This document shows positions 34,901 to 51,810 of a stretch of 64,000 nt of DNA, piece after piece. Source of the stretch: Tubiluchus corallicola (lineage: Eukaryota > Animalia > Priapulida); contig JAQGDQ010000350.1 of the NCBI GenBank assembly GCA_030141605.1, positions 185,489 to 249,488 on the forward strand, in the 5' to 3' direction. Positions within the stretch are counted from its first letter, which is position 1; every line of letters begins with the position of its first letter. Both the position numbers and the translations under genes were made by a program. The notes beneath the pieces are model-generated. The model had not been told where the DNA came from and searched no databases. It saw only the letters and a list, made by a program, of their open reading frames with translations.

Positions 34901-37900
34901 TGAGATGCAGGTGGAGCCACAAAAGGCCAAAAAGAAACAGAAGAAAGGGGAAGACAGAGATGCGGAGAAGAAAGAAAAGCCGAAAAAAGGTAAATTGTTT
35001 ATTATGGTGTTTCACTTACGTATGGCGCAGCGCTTTTGTACATGTGACGAATAAATTTCTTACACAGTCATATCTCCAAATCAAAAGATGACTGTGTAAT
35101 TCATTGTGTAATTTGCGATGACAATAATATGCGTACTTGCATAGAAAAATTGTCCATAAGTTGGCGATTAAGCTTTTCTAGTTATTCGCTTACCCTGAGT
35201 CTCCATTTTTGGTACTAAGCTCATTGCTCTATGTTATCTCTAAGCTGAGATAATCAACGTTGAAGCTAAGGTGCACGCTATACACTGAAAAACGTAACCT
35301 TGAGAAAATTGCCGTTAGAGTTTGCCATTGTTTTTTGCTGCATCTCTACAAAACACTTAGCAACTATATGAAACTGTTGCTATGGACTTTACAAGAGCAC
35401 ATTGAAGTAATGCCTAAATCCCATAGATTTGTAATTTTGTAATTTGTAATATTTATTTTCACTTCAAAAAAAACATTTTTACAAAATTTATTGAAAAAAA
35501 CCACTCAATTTCTACACAGTACACATAATAAATAATACTTTATGTAGATGGCTTTTCCTGACATTTTGTCAACAGAAAAAACCTGTAGCACAATGACTGC
35601 TTCTACGAGCTATTATTGGAGTTTGAAGTTTTTTACAATTGCAGTGCTAGTTTCTAGCCGAAAAAGTGGGCACAGGGTTATAAAATTCAATTTTTAGCAT
35701 TTTCTGGACATTTTCTTGATAATTTGATGTTAGAATATAAAAGTCAAATATATTTAGCGTTCGTGTTTATAAAAGCCAAAACATTTTACCAAATTTTTGG
35801 TGAATTCTACTTTGAAGCGTCATGACGTAGTTTTAATTATGCCGACCTATAGATGGTTTTAGTTTGCAAGCACACATATAGTAGTAGTCGTAGTAAATTT
35901 ACTGTCAAAAACTGACCAAGGAAATTTCAGTAACACAGCAACACTACAGTAAATGACATTTTCTGACATTTACAACAACAAAATAACCGCTTCAAGAAAT
36001 AATGATTGTAAGCATTTACAATTAGTTAAGCAGATCTAAAATATCTGCTATAAATTTGTCACAAAGTAATGGCTCAATTGAGAAAGCATTAGTGAAATTT
36101 AAATTATGCTTCCGGCGAATATACCTAGTCAATTCAGAAACAGTTATAACGTGCTGTTCCACTTGTATGGAGTTACTGCATGTATGGAGTTATCTTCATA
36201 TCCTCGTCGGTCCCAGAGTTTGCTGATCATTATAAATCCCCTTATAAATATATATAATGTCCCCTCTAGGGGACAACGCCGAAAACTGGTTATCAGAAGC
36301 GAGTGTTCGCGTGTACGAAGCTTAAAGCACAATTAAACTTATCTTGGAGGGTTGTACACATAAACTAAACTATCCGTTTACCCATCAAAAGTTGTAAAGA
36401 AGCATATTTTACTTGTTTTCCTCCGCTTACTCGTGGAAGGGACGGGTGACGCCATTTTAGCTGGATACCAGACCAATTTATTGAATGGAGCTTCCTAAAT
36501 TTTTGTACAGATGGCAGCAGCTACATGTCCTCTACACGGGCCTTCGGGTCTCCATTCGATTAAAAGCGATTTAAGAGAGTTATGCCAATTAAAACCTCAA
36601 GTCCCCTGTGGGGGACAGCGGGACCGATGAGGATATGGTAATGGTGCTTTAGTCCACATCCCAGTTTCAACTTTAAGTCTATGCAAAGATAAAGCAAAAC
36701 TTTTCCAGCATTTTCATTAGCATGACTTGTGTAAGATACAGTGTACAAAGCTGCTTTTAGAGAAAGTTTTCCTGAGACGTAAATAGATGTTTTTATCGGC
36801 TTTACCCTCTTCTTAAAGTAAGACAGGATGATTTTACGTACACTACCCCATTTTCAAGTACGGTAAAAAAGTATACATTTTAACACCAATAATAGAGCAA
36901 AAGCATTTCTGATAATTAAATAATGGATTAAAAACTTAATTAACGGTGGGTGAGTCCAACGATTGATGACATCACAAATTAACATAATTTTTAACTGCAA
37001 AGCATTCCACGAGCGTATTGCACGTGTTTGCAAACGAAAATTGAAGTACAATGCTACCGTAAGATATTCAGGGTGTTGTACTAAAACTCAGCAAGTTTTA
37101 AGATAAAAATTCATATTTCAAATTTACCGCTGTGCTCACACATGAGCTGTCGAACGTGTATAGTTCGTCACAAACTAACACATGGGAACTGAGAGGTACA
37201 GCACCCCCTTCACACAGTCTAGATCATGTTGCAACAAGTAAGATTTATTAGGTTACCAAATATCAATAATAAGAGTTAATAGCAACAAGTTTATCCTGCG
37301 TTGAACAGACGTGTTAGAGCCATTTGTGCTAGTACTAAAACTTATCTAGTGCTTTGGTATATCGCTAACAGGAAACAAACCGAAAGTCATCTTGGTTAGA
37401 CTAACGTTGTTCTTAGGTTTTAATGGGGACCCCCCTTGTCAGTGCGGAACAAGAGACAGAAACCAGATAAAGATGGAATTCACACCTACTGCAATTTATT
37501 TATACAAGAACCGGGAATAAACTTTTACAATGAATATAAAACTGCGATCGACTTTGGCAGAAACTAACACATCTGAACTGAGAGGTACAGCGCCTGTTTT
37601 TTGTGCAACGCTTTGCGAAATGCAGGCAGTAGTGCCCGTCTAACTAGTGAATGGCAAAATGCATGTAACAGTGAAGAACTAGTGGCGCGAACGTGAAATT
37701 GTTTTGTGTGGTAATAATTCTTTCACGTAAGACATTCTTCAAAAAATAGTATGTTTCCTTTCAATATTTTAAAGAGTAGATTGTTTTGATTTACAGTTTA
37801 AGATTGAATCTGGTTTTGCTTTAAGCATTTTTTCACACAAGTCTGGAGGATGTTCTCTATTTCTCGATGAAGAACTCTCTATTTTTTTTAATTTCTCGAT

Positions 37901-40900
37901 CAACAAAATTACATCTCCATTTTTATTTTAGAATCAAAGAAAGCTCCAGAGAGCGAGGGTCCGATAGACGTTTCACGTTTGGATTTTCGAGTCGGACTCA
38001 TGGTCTGCGCTAAACCGCATCCCGATGCTGATTCGCTATATATCGAAGAAGTTGATTTAGGAGGGGAAAAGCTAAGGACGGTGGTCAGTGGATTGGTCAA
38101 GCACGTGCCTGTCGAGGAGGTCAGTGACTCAACTTTTGGTTTTTATTTGTCAGATTTAATTAACACTACAGTGGAATTCTTTAAATTTGATGATGCCTTT
38201 TTACCTAGAAATTAATGCTGAATGTTATACATTCTACATAACCACATTTTTTTAACAGCCGAAAATGTTGGTGAGTTATGCCATCATTTCGTTGCATCAG
38301 CTTGTGAATTCATGTCAGCATATCTGTGGTGTTTATTTTGTATGGCAGTCCTGTTGTGGCTTTTGTACTCTGCTGAATAGATTGTTAGCAGCATCACAAA
38401 CAAAGTAGCCTTTTTAACTCATTACTTTTGTTACTTGCAGCTTTTGCTGATACCTAATTAAGATTTGGAAACAGTAAGCAAAAAAGTTTACACATCTCTG
38501 CATAATACAAAAATTCGTAATCAGGACGGGTAGACCAGACGTTTAGGCACTTTTCATCTTAATTTTTACTTGGGCGAGTGGAATTAGGAAAATGTGCGTT
38601 AAAGTTTTTAACGTCGGATGTTTTTACACTATACCTTGGAATCCAGCGCTGAACGAGAGAGCTTGTTCATTGTCTGTGGTGTAATTGGAGCCCGGCTCCG
38701 TCTTGGATTCCAAAGTAGCTCTGGTACTTTGGTACCAGATATCCTATCAACTCCTACGGCTAGCAAATACTAAAAAAGACCTTTAGTTTTATAAACCTTC
38801 GTTTTCTTTTTTGTGCATCTTAGTAACTATTATTACATCATGCATTCTGTGACATACATTTTTATTAAACGATGTAAGTCTATCGTGTCATGTACGATAG
38901 AAATTAGACCAGTGGCGGCTCGTGTATAGGTCCTGTCGAACTGCAACACCCCCCATTTTCACCCAATATTATCGATAATATTCAATATAATAAGGCTTTT
39001 TTTAGTTCTCTTTATACTTGTATGGAACCAGAGCATGTGAGGGTAGTACTGTTTGCTTCACAGCCCAGCACAGTGGTGTGTTCGGCTGTTGTATGCATGC
39101 GGCCATGCACACATGTCTCAGATAACACACTGTGCGCTCCACTGCTAGCATTTGCTGCTAGGTAGAGAAAGTACTGTTGCTCACACAGTTTGTTGTCAGT
39201 TGTCACGTGCTTACAAACCGTGTACCAGCATATTCTTGAACTGCGGCAATTTAGACTATTCGTAAGCAAAAAATTTGGGATTTTATTAAGTTAATGTTTA
39301 AATTTTTGTACGTGTGTTTGTTCAAATTACAATTACAAATTACAACATTAAAATTACATGTGTTTATATCGTTTTACACAGTTTCAAAACGGCTAAAAAA
39401 TTTTGAAGCAGCACCCCTACTAATTTTAACCATGACCCGCCACTGAATTAGATATTCCGTTTAATCGTTTATGTCCTTAGTAATTCTGACACATTGGGCA
39501 TGTGCATCAGGCATAGTGACGACAGTCTAGACCAATATCGCAAATAAAGTTATAAAACTTGAAAAAAAAGTAAAGCGACTTCAAGACAGTAGGAAAAGGC
39601 AAGTACTGCTGATCTCAAACGTGAAATATTCTGACCTAAAGCAATTTGATTAACATATGAACATAGTATGAACATAGCAGTAACAGTATGAACATAGCAG
39701 TAACAGTATGAACATAGTAGTAACAGTATGAACATAGTAGTAACAGTATAAACATAAAATTTGCAGAAGATTCATTTACCTGTTTAGCTAGCTTGGAAAT
39801 TTCTGCCAATTCGTCAAAAACCAAACACTGGCCGATGTAATTCTATTCGAATGATTTTTTTGTTCAGCTGTGCTACATGCCCTTCAGCAAATGTTACACA
39901 TCTTATTATGCAGCCTTCGAATATGTTAATTGCTATAGTTAAGATGCAACTTAGTAATTTATGTAGTTAATCAGTTTTTCCTACTTTAATAACAACTGAG
40001 GGTATTCCATGCTAAATTATTTTTGTACTTACATGCCCTTCAGAAAATGTTACACATCTTTTTATGAAGACCTCGAATACGCTAATTGCTATAGTTAAGA
40101 TGCAACTTAATAATGTATGTAGTGAATCAATTTTTTCAACTCGAATAACAACTGAGGGTATTCCATGCTAAATTATTTTTGTACTTACATGCGACAGCAA
40201 ATATAGCAATTACAAGTTTCATCGTTGTGCCTGATTAACTTGCTGACCATTGAGAAATTTCACTTTTTACACAATATTCGTTAATTTTGTTACAATGAGT
40301 TTTGCAGCTAAAAACAGCCAATGGATCTATTAAGAGGGGTTCTTAAGCTTTGTAATCATCATATTTTTGTGTCAGGATCATTTTTGGATTTTGTGTGTTT
40401 TCAGTAAATTTATTAAGTGTTTTATGCTGTTTTGTACAGTAAATGAAGCGTTTTTCATGGGGTACCGGCAGATTTTTCTCAAGAGTTAAATTATTTGCCC
40501 AGTTAAACAAAAATAGCCAAAATCTTCAAATAGCTAATGAAGTATCCAACCGGAATATGTTATTTATGCAAATGCTGGGCATAAACTTATTGTGCGCTAA
40601 TGATATTTGTAAAAAAATTGTGTAAAATTTCACACAGCAGCAAGTCATAGCTTAGCTGGAACAATAGGTTGCCATGGTGTTTGTAACACGCAGCTGCTAT
40701 GTTCATTGTCCTGCTGTTGCTTCTAGCATCACACTGCCAGAATGGGCATTGCTAAAGTTAGTGGTGCTGTGGTGACTGAGCAATTTTTGTCTGCCATCTA
40801 TGGGCGAGTTAAAGAAACAATGCAAAGTGTGTAATTGCACTAGTTCCAGTCATATGTATCTAGTGCCATTTCATCTGCAGTGAATTAGATTAGTTCACTA

Positions 40901-42337
40901 AAATCCGTTTTAATGTTTCCCAGAACCAAAATATTATTCATTCACTTTTTTCACTCTTCTGCATTTATTATAGATGCAGAATAGGCTCTGTGTTTTTCTC
41001 TGCAATCTGAAGCCAGCCAAAATGCGTGGCGTCTTGTCCGAAGCTATGGTCATGTGCGCTAGCAGCTCAGAGAAAATAGAGATACTCGATCCTCCTCCGG
41101 GTAGCAAAATTGGTGACCGCATAACATTTGACAATTACGCAGGTAAGTGTCTCTGTGTATAAGCATAATTAAGTCCATATGAAATTAATGATACTTCAGT
41201 TAATTATGTGTCAGAAATCCTCAAGATAAAGGTTAAGGTACTCTAGGTATGATATAATTAAGAAATGAGAAAAATCTGACTAGGGACTTTGCCTCTAGAA
41301 TTGATTTCTGCATTAAAATATAGGTTCACTTATTTACAGATCAGTAATCCTTTCCAGCAATTGATGATGATAGTGAAAAGGTCAAAGGTTAAGTGTACCA
41401 GACAACACATTTGTATACACTTAATAACACTTCGCAGTCCATGCTATTGTAATAGTAACAGTTTTAACAGCTAGCTAGAACCTTACCTAGTTCATTTTTG
41501 CTTGTTCCCAAGCAAGATCCTGCTAGTAAATCACTCTACGCACAGACGAATACACAGTTAAGTAAAGCCCACGTAAAACAACTGAAGTTACTGAACTGAC
41601 GCGACATGCAGCTTTGCTTTACCCATGTGTCACGTGACGGTTACCTTGTTACACTTAACCTTTGACCTACAGCAACTGCGCGTGCACACAACAAAACTGT
41701 GAAAAGGCTTATTCAATCAAACACGTGCTTGCATGCCTCTAATATTCAGTTAAGGGCTAGTACTACATAACTTGACTTGAGAAGGTTTGTGTGAAAATGC
41801 CTGATACTTGATAGCATTTCTTGAACCATAACTTTGTGTGCTTAAGAGCCGAAGTTGAGCAACACTAGACCCGTTTAACAAAACTGCCAGGAAAACCTAT
41901 TTTGAATGGCTTCATCTCCATCTTTCCTCCGGTGTAATTACCTCACTAGGAGTGAGGATGGTGCCAACTGGAAATGTATGATTTAGCTTGAAAAATATGA
42001 TTCTGATCAGCAAAGAAAAGCAGCAGTTCAAATCCTGCTGTGAATTTTTTTTTGTTTTTTTTCAGCCTAACACTTTTATGCAATGCAAGGCAATAGTCAT
42101 ATTAAAGTCCATTAATTAAAACGATTGAAACGCAAAAGAAACTTTATGAACTTTCTTCATTTTATTTCAGGAACGCCGGATCCTGTTCTCAACCCGAAGC
42201 GTAAGATTTGGGAGCAAGTCGCTCCCGACCTCAGGACTTCTGACGATCGTGTCGCCACCTATAAAGGTGTTCCAATGAACAACCCCGGTAAAGGTTACGT
42301 AATGGCGCCAACGCTCGCTAATGTTAACATAAAATAA
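31959..42337 (+). CDS. AIMP1: Aminoacyl-tRNA synthetase complex-interacting multifunctional protein 1 (p43/pro-EMAP II), about 309 aa
   Basis: Exons 31959-32064, 33506-33619, 34804-34989, 37932-38119, 40974-41142, 42171-42337, all GT-AG and in frame (930 nt). N-terminal coiled coil, Lys-rich linker, EMAP-II OB fold ([10 protein letters not shown]...HPDADSLY...[12 protein letters not shown]...[13 protein letters not shown]...[11 protein letters not shown]). Confidence 0.92.
32725..33345. mobile_element. MITE with long (about 65 bp) imperfect TIRs, in AIMP1 intron 1
   Basis: aaaggccccgcaaaaaattttg...aacatcctac versus gtaggatgttt...caaaattctttgcggggccttt. Confidence 0.75.
33680..33920. repeat. 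Tandem duplication of about 120 bp
   Basis: aaaattttgcactgtact...cattagtgctagaaaaagtcaacacttttactagaatccagta occurs twice. Confidence 0.8.
37227..37529 (-). mobile_element. Possible solo LTR
   Basis: TG...CA ends; minus strand ends aataaatcttacttgttgcaaca; flanks atca/atga (imperfect 4-bp TSD). Confidence 0.35.
38910..39445. mobile_element. hAT-type MITE, family A copy 1
   Basis: TIR cagtggcgg / ccgccactg; TSD aattagac/aattagat; homologous to 42780-43260. Confidence 0.85.
39655..39755. repeat. 20-bp minisatellite (aacatag[c/t]agtaacagtatg)
   Basis: 4-5 copies read directly. Confidence 0.85.
39873..40192. repeat. Tandem duplication of about 155 bp
   Basis: tacatgcccttcag...gagggtattccatgctaaattatttttgtacttacatg occurs twice. 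Confidence 0.8.
41360..41710. repeat. Dispersed repeat, inverted relative to 49355-49705
   Basis: aggtcaaaggttaagtgtaccagacaa versus ttgtctggtacacttaacctttgacct, and other shared blocks. Confidence 0.7.
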
Positions 42338-42779
42338 CGTACATTTGTTTAGGTTATTATTGATTTTCATTTTCAATCTGATTTGGACTATTGTGCAGTC
42401 ACACAGACATATCTACATCAGTGCTATGACACAAAGTTATAACTGTTTCCTTGGCTTTTGTATTTGAAAAAGACAAACGAAAATAAAACAATGACAACAC
42501 TTTAGTGGCATTGCAAATAACAATGTTAGTTTTTATTTTATCAATACATTGTATTTTGCCCGCATATACGTAGCAATATTTACGAAATCACAACATCAGC
42601 AACGAAACATCATTAAGTCTCTCATTTAAAATCAAATTAACGTCAGATCAACAATTTCCTGTTTCATTTGCACGATTGTCAAAATTTTTCTGCTTCTTAG
42701 TGACTAGAATTACAGTATTAGATATGATTATATTAGACTGAGTGCAGTCAATCCGACCTGTAATTTTAAGGTTTTGTAG

Positions 42780-43260
42780 CAGTGGTGGCTCGTGTATAGG
42801 TACTGTGGAACTGCAGCACCCCCTATATTCACTCAGTATTATTAATAATATTAACTATAACAAGTCTTTTTTCTTTAGTTCTTTCTTTATACTTGTGATG
42901 GTAGTACTGTTTGCTTCACATCCCAGCACAGTGCGCTCACAGCTCCAACAACGTGGCAACTAACATTAGACGCTGCACTTTAAGTAGAAAGAATACTGTT
43001 GTTCCTGCAGTGCGTGTTGTCCATTGTCACATGTTTAAAAGCAGTGTATCGGTAGATCCTTAAACCGCATCAATTTAGGCTAATCGTAAGAAAACTATTT
43101 TTGTTTAGGATTTAACAAGTTTATGTATGTTTGTTTGTTTAAGATTACAATCACAACATTAAAATTACATACGTTTGTTTCATTTTACACAGTATTAAAA
43201 CAATGGCTAAATATTTTCAGAAGCAGCACCCCTGGTAATTTTAACTACGAGCCGCCACTG
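42780..43260. mobile_element. hAT-type MITE, family A copy 2
   Basis: TIR cagtggtggctcgt / acgagccgccactg; perfect 8-bp TSD ttttgtag. Confidence 0.9.
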
Positions 43261-43304
43261 TTTTGTAGTAAGCTCATTGCCTGTCAACACGTGACAGCTT
43301 ATAT

Positions 43305-44090
43305 CGGGTGATGCAGAAAAAATGTGCCGAAGTTTCCGAAGTTTAGAATGCGATAATATTACAACCAAGTGCCCTACCAAGTTAAAATTTCACAGCATGA
43401 ATGTATATTATAATATGTTAACTTTACATTGAGAAAATTACAGATCTATTGTTTTAGTGGTTTTTAAGTTACGGCTAAAAAACTTGCATTTAAAAAATTA
43501 AATGGTGGAAAAATGTCAGCTATGGTCATCAAGTGAAAAAGCAATCACATCTAAATACATAAAGCGCTCAATACGTGGTAGCAAAGCAATAAAGAATTAA
43601 ACTGGGTTATATCATTGCATCCACTACAGAATATTTGAGCACTGATAAAGATTCATTGCCAAGAAAAATGGGACTTAATTCTCTGGATTAGGTATCTATG
43701 TGCACATTGGCCACACAGAGTTGTTCGATGCAAAGGGACTAGGAGGCAAAAATTTCTTAAGTGCTGGGACTAAAATTACCCTTAGAAAAGTGAGAGACAG
43801 TTTCAGCTGTTAGAAGAAATGCCTTTGTCTAGTTTGCACTGATAATGGTGGAGACATAGGGCACTTGCTGCAAATTTTAACAATAGTGACACAGTTATTT
43901 TTAGCGTTTATTTTTTGACTTGGTATAAAACTTCTGAATTTTAGAATCAAAACTAGCGTTAATGCCTGTAACATCAATCAAAATTATTCCCTTATTTAGT
44001 TATCGTTGTCTGACAATTTTTTCAATCGATTCCGTTATTTTCTTTTTATAATATCGTGATCAAAACTTCAGCACATTTTTTCACCGCCTG
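43305..44090 (+). mobile_element. Internally deleted Tc1/mariner element
   Basis: TA-flanked imperfect TIRs (gaaaaaatgtgccgaagttt / aaacttcagcacattttttc); decayed transposase C-terminal motifs GLNSLD (cf. DLNPLD) and CTDNGGDI. Confidence 0.65.
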
Positions 44091-46593
44091 ATATATGCAA
44101 CAACCAATTCACTAACTAAAGTTCACAAATCTTGGAGTTTGTAAACAATAAACACACAGAATAAAAACTGATTTAGAAACAACCAACAGCCTAACAACAT
44201 TGTGAGTGAGTTAAACATAACATGTTTTCTAACAAACCTTACAAAAAAATCTACTATTAGCCTTCAAATGACTCGAAATAGCTGACCTTTATTTAAATAT
44301 TTGAGCACAGTGCCTTATAGTGCTTACAATTATGAATTTATTCCACAGCAACTCAAACATACATATAAATTGATATAACATTGAAAAAAATAAATAAACT
44401 ATGCGAGTTACTGTGAGGAGGGGGAAGGAGCATTGAGCTTTCGAGTCCTCCTCCAGATAAGTGAAACAATTGACAATTAACATTAAATTTTCATCAGTTA
44501 TAGCGTACATTAGAACAAAATAAGTTTTGTTAGTAACTTAAGATCAGGATGAGTAAAATTGTGAGTTAATTATACCGTTGTAGTAGGTAATTCTTTGATG
44601 CTTTTTTAAATTGATAAAGATTAAGAGTTTTCATTTCACGCGGAATTGATGACCATATTTTAATAGCATTATATTTAGATGACTGTTTCATTATATTTGT
44701 TTTTGGAAGGGGGAGTATACAAGATTTCTATAATTAGGACAAAAATCACCAAACTCATGGTTAAAATCATTGGCCTGTATAATATTTCCTGCATGTTTTG
44801 TGGCTAATAGTATAAGCTTTTGGAATTGATACCATGAAATGCTCACACTATCAAACATGACTTGACATTGACAACTATGGTCATGGAAAAAGTAGAAATC
44901 CTTAGGTTGGCATTAACATTATGTCATTTAAAACTTACAGCTCATAAGCAGCACCTAACAGTAATCAGTTACAACCATAACTAAATAAATAAATAATTGC
45001 TACCAGCAGTTAAGTACTATATTAAATAAAAATGAATGCTATAGAATGGAATAATAATAATTACTATTTTCTAACATTAGGCTATTGACAGGAAAGCCCA
45101 AATCTCTTGCATGATCAGAATAAGCCTTTTCACAGTTTCAGCGATTGACGATGATCGTGAAAAGGTATTAGAAAACTCATTAGAGTACACTTGACATTTC
45201 ATGAACTCATCCTGGTAATTATGTATTCAACTCGTGAAGCTGTTTTTACTTTGCGTCGTGCAAATACTATGTTAATGTCTAATGACAAGTGTTATCCAAG
45301 TCCATTAATCATATGTATTACATTTTATTCATGAGCTTAAAATGAAATGAAATAAATTTTACCTCTCATGCATGATTAATAGAACTTAAAAAAAACCTTC
45401 TCAAATCTATGTTGCAGAAAATTTTCATCTCAAGACAACAAAAAACAATTAAATAGTGAATGAGTCAAGTAATCATGGTTTACACCAATTACTATAGATG
45501 GCGACACATAATTAATAGATCTATTAACTGTTTGTGGTGTGCAACTGAAACAATAGCAGTGCATTTCTGGAGGTGTTTTGCTAGAAAGTTTGCTATGTTT
45601 CCCAAAAACCACTAGAGATTATTCTCACAACGTACTACTAAGCGGTTTTTGTAATATGTACAAGCTTCCACAAAAAATTATTTACAATAATCAATCACTG
45701 TTTCAATCTCAAAGTTTACAAATGGAACTTACAACATAATTAAATATATTATTAACAAACAAACACAAAACAATTTATACAACTTCTTATATTGCACCAA
45801 GGCTGTCACTACTAAGTATTCTATAGATTACCGAATTGCCATGACTGAATGTATGAAATGCACTAAAAAAAACACCATTTGGCACAAGCCGGAAAATTGA
45901 CATTTTTTCACTTGCAAAATGTTTAAATACATCACAATGATTACACATTACGTTCAGTGCATAATTAATTACTCATCTTGCAATTTTGTAGAAAAAACTT
46001 TTCAGAAATTTGGCTATAGTTTACTAATTTAGCCGTTCTGTTGATAAAAACAGTTAAGTTTCACTGTAGATTAGACGTGCTAGTACACACACTGCAGTGC
46101 GCGCCAAGTATGTGGCATCTTGCTATAGTGAAACCAACAAGATCACCATTTCAATCTTTATTTTTAAAAGTACATTAAATTCAAATATTTTCCATTCATC
46201 ATGTTGTATCAACAGGGTACCTCGCAAAGTAGTTTTCAGTGTTTCAGAAAAAAGTGCTAAATACCACTACAACCATGAAAAAATAGTGGCTAAGCAATAT
46301 ACAAATAAAAATATTAATAAATATTTTTCAGCTTTTTTAATAAAAATTGTTTTAATTCATTTAAATAATATGAAATATTCAAACCGTGACTTTCAAGCTC
46401 AACTCTTTGCAGTGATTTTAAAAGCAAAACAAGTATCCCTTTTTGCCTTTCGTGGAATACAAGGATATGAGGCTTTTGAAGGGCAGAAAAATGTCAAATT
46501 ATGGCATTGATGACAGCCCTACATTGTATAACTCCAAAGTCGAGTAGCAGTCATATATGTATTCTAACCAATGACGAATTAGATAACATACAC

Positions 46594-47074
46594 CAGGGGT
46601 GTGCAAATTGCGGCCCGCGGGCCACTTGTGGCCCGCCGAGAGAATTTGTCAACCTAATGAAAGTGCGGTCTGGACGATTAATTGAGTGTATCCAGCTGAA
46701 GTCCGTGCCACGATCCCAAAGATAGTGCGGGTAGTTTTTTCTACTAGATCGGATGCCATTAACCCTTACAAGACGGTTGTAGCTTAATGTTACTGTACTA
46801 CACAGACTGTGTGATACACATTACTAATATGCATTGTAATGAAATTACCACTATCTGTCCTGAAAGTAGAAATATATGGTTTGTAATATAAATTTTAATA
46901 ACTTCTAAAATAGTTTCTTGAGTGTAGTAGTAATGATGTACGCAGGTTGGATGCAAAAAAAAATTGTTATTAGGCCCTTCTGTACTTGGCACCTTGATCA
47001 AACTGCCTGTGGCCCGCAGGAATTGCGGGAAAGTTTAATGTGGCCCGGGTAGTCAAATCATTTGCACACCTCTG
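46594..47074. mobile_element. hAT-type MITE, family B copy 1, 45 bp past the RAB33 stop
   Basis: TIR caggggtgtgcaaa / tttgcacacctctg; perfect TSD acatacac; ggccc subterminal repeats; core nearly identical to 62754-63215 (inverted). Confidence 0.92.
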
Positions 47075-47118
47075 ACATACACCATGTACTTTCTCAAGGC
47101 ATTAAAACCAATCAGTGA

Positions 47119-51070
<3,952 letters not shown>

Positions 51071-51810
51071 TGTTAGCCTGCACAGTGTTTCTAAAGGTGA
51101 CTCAAATAAAACTAAGAAGCTACAATTAAAACTATACGCGTGTAGCTTTAATGTACAGCCTCATTACAAAACGTTGGCCTAATTAGAGGTGTATCGTATA
51201 CCACCGCTGAGTCAGCTTGCAGTCTGATATAAAGTGAGAACTTGTCAAGTGAAAACTAAACCACTTGAAGACCTCACAAAGATAAACATGATCGTCACAT
51301 GTAAAATACAGAACAGGAACGTTTAATACATTAATGTCACAACTCAGCTAATGAAATGGAATAATTAATTAAATATGTTTTTATAAAAAGTAACAAATTT
51401 GTCAAATCTGTTGAAATATAGATTTCCTAAATAATAAAATTCCACACCAAACACTGTTGTTGGACGTTTCGCGTATTAATGTGTACTTTTATGTACAGTA
51501 GTTTCACATAGAGCCTTTTGGGAAGGATTTTGTCAAGAAATATTTTATAGAAATTTAAATTTCAATGTATTTTTTCGTAAATTTTTACAATTTTATAAAA
51601 GTTTGTACAAGTGTGAACAGCTGCATAATTCTCGAATAGCAGTGGTGATCTGTACTCTAAGAATAAAACTTCTCGTGTGCATAAATAAACGCGAAAAATT
51701 TCGAGATCTTCTGCCCTCCATCTTGAACAAGCACGAGGTGTAGAAATTTTTAGTCATTGGGGACTTCCAGTCAAAATTACTGGATTTTCTCGTCTTTTAA
51801 GAAAATAAGA
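51071..51810. promoter_or_regulatory. Putative bidirectional promoter region between RAB33 and NAA15
   Basis: Only 740 bp between divergent start codons; no specific motif assigned. Confidence 0.55.

Noticed and set aside
37932-42337. Methionyl- or tyrosyl-tRNA synthetase, which share the EMAP-II domain
   Set aside because: Upstream exons encode a short coiled coil and Lys-rich linker, total about 309 aa, with no synthetase catalytic domain; this fits AIMP1.
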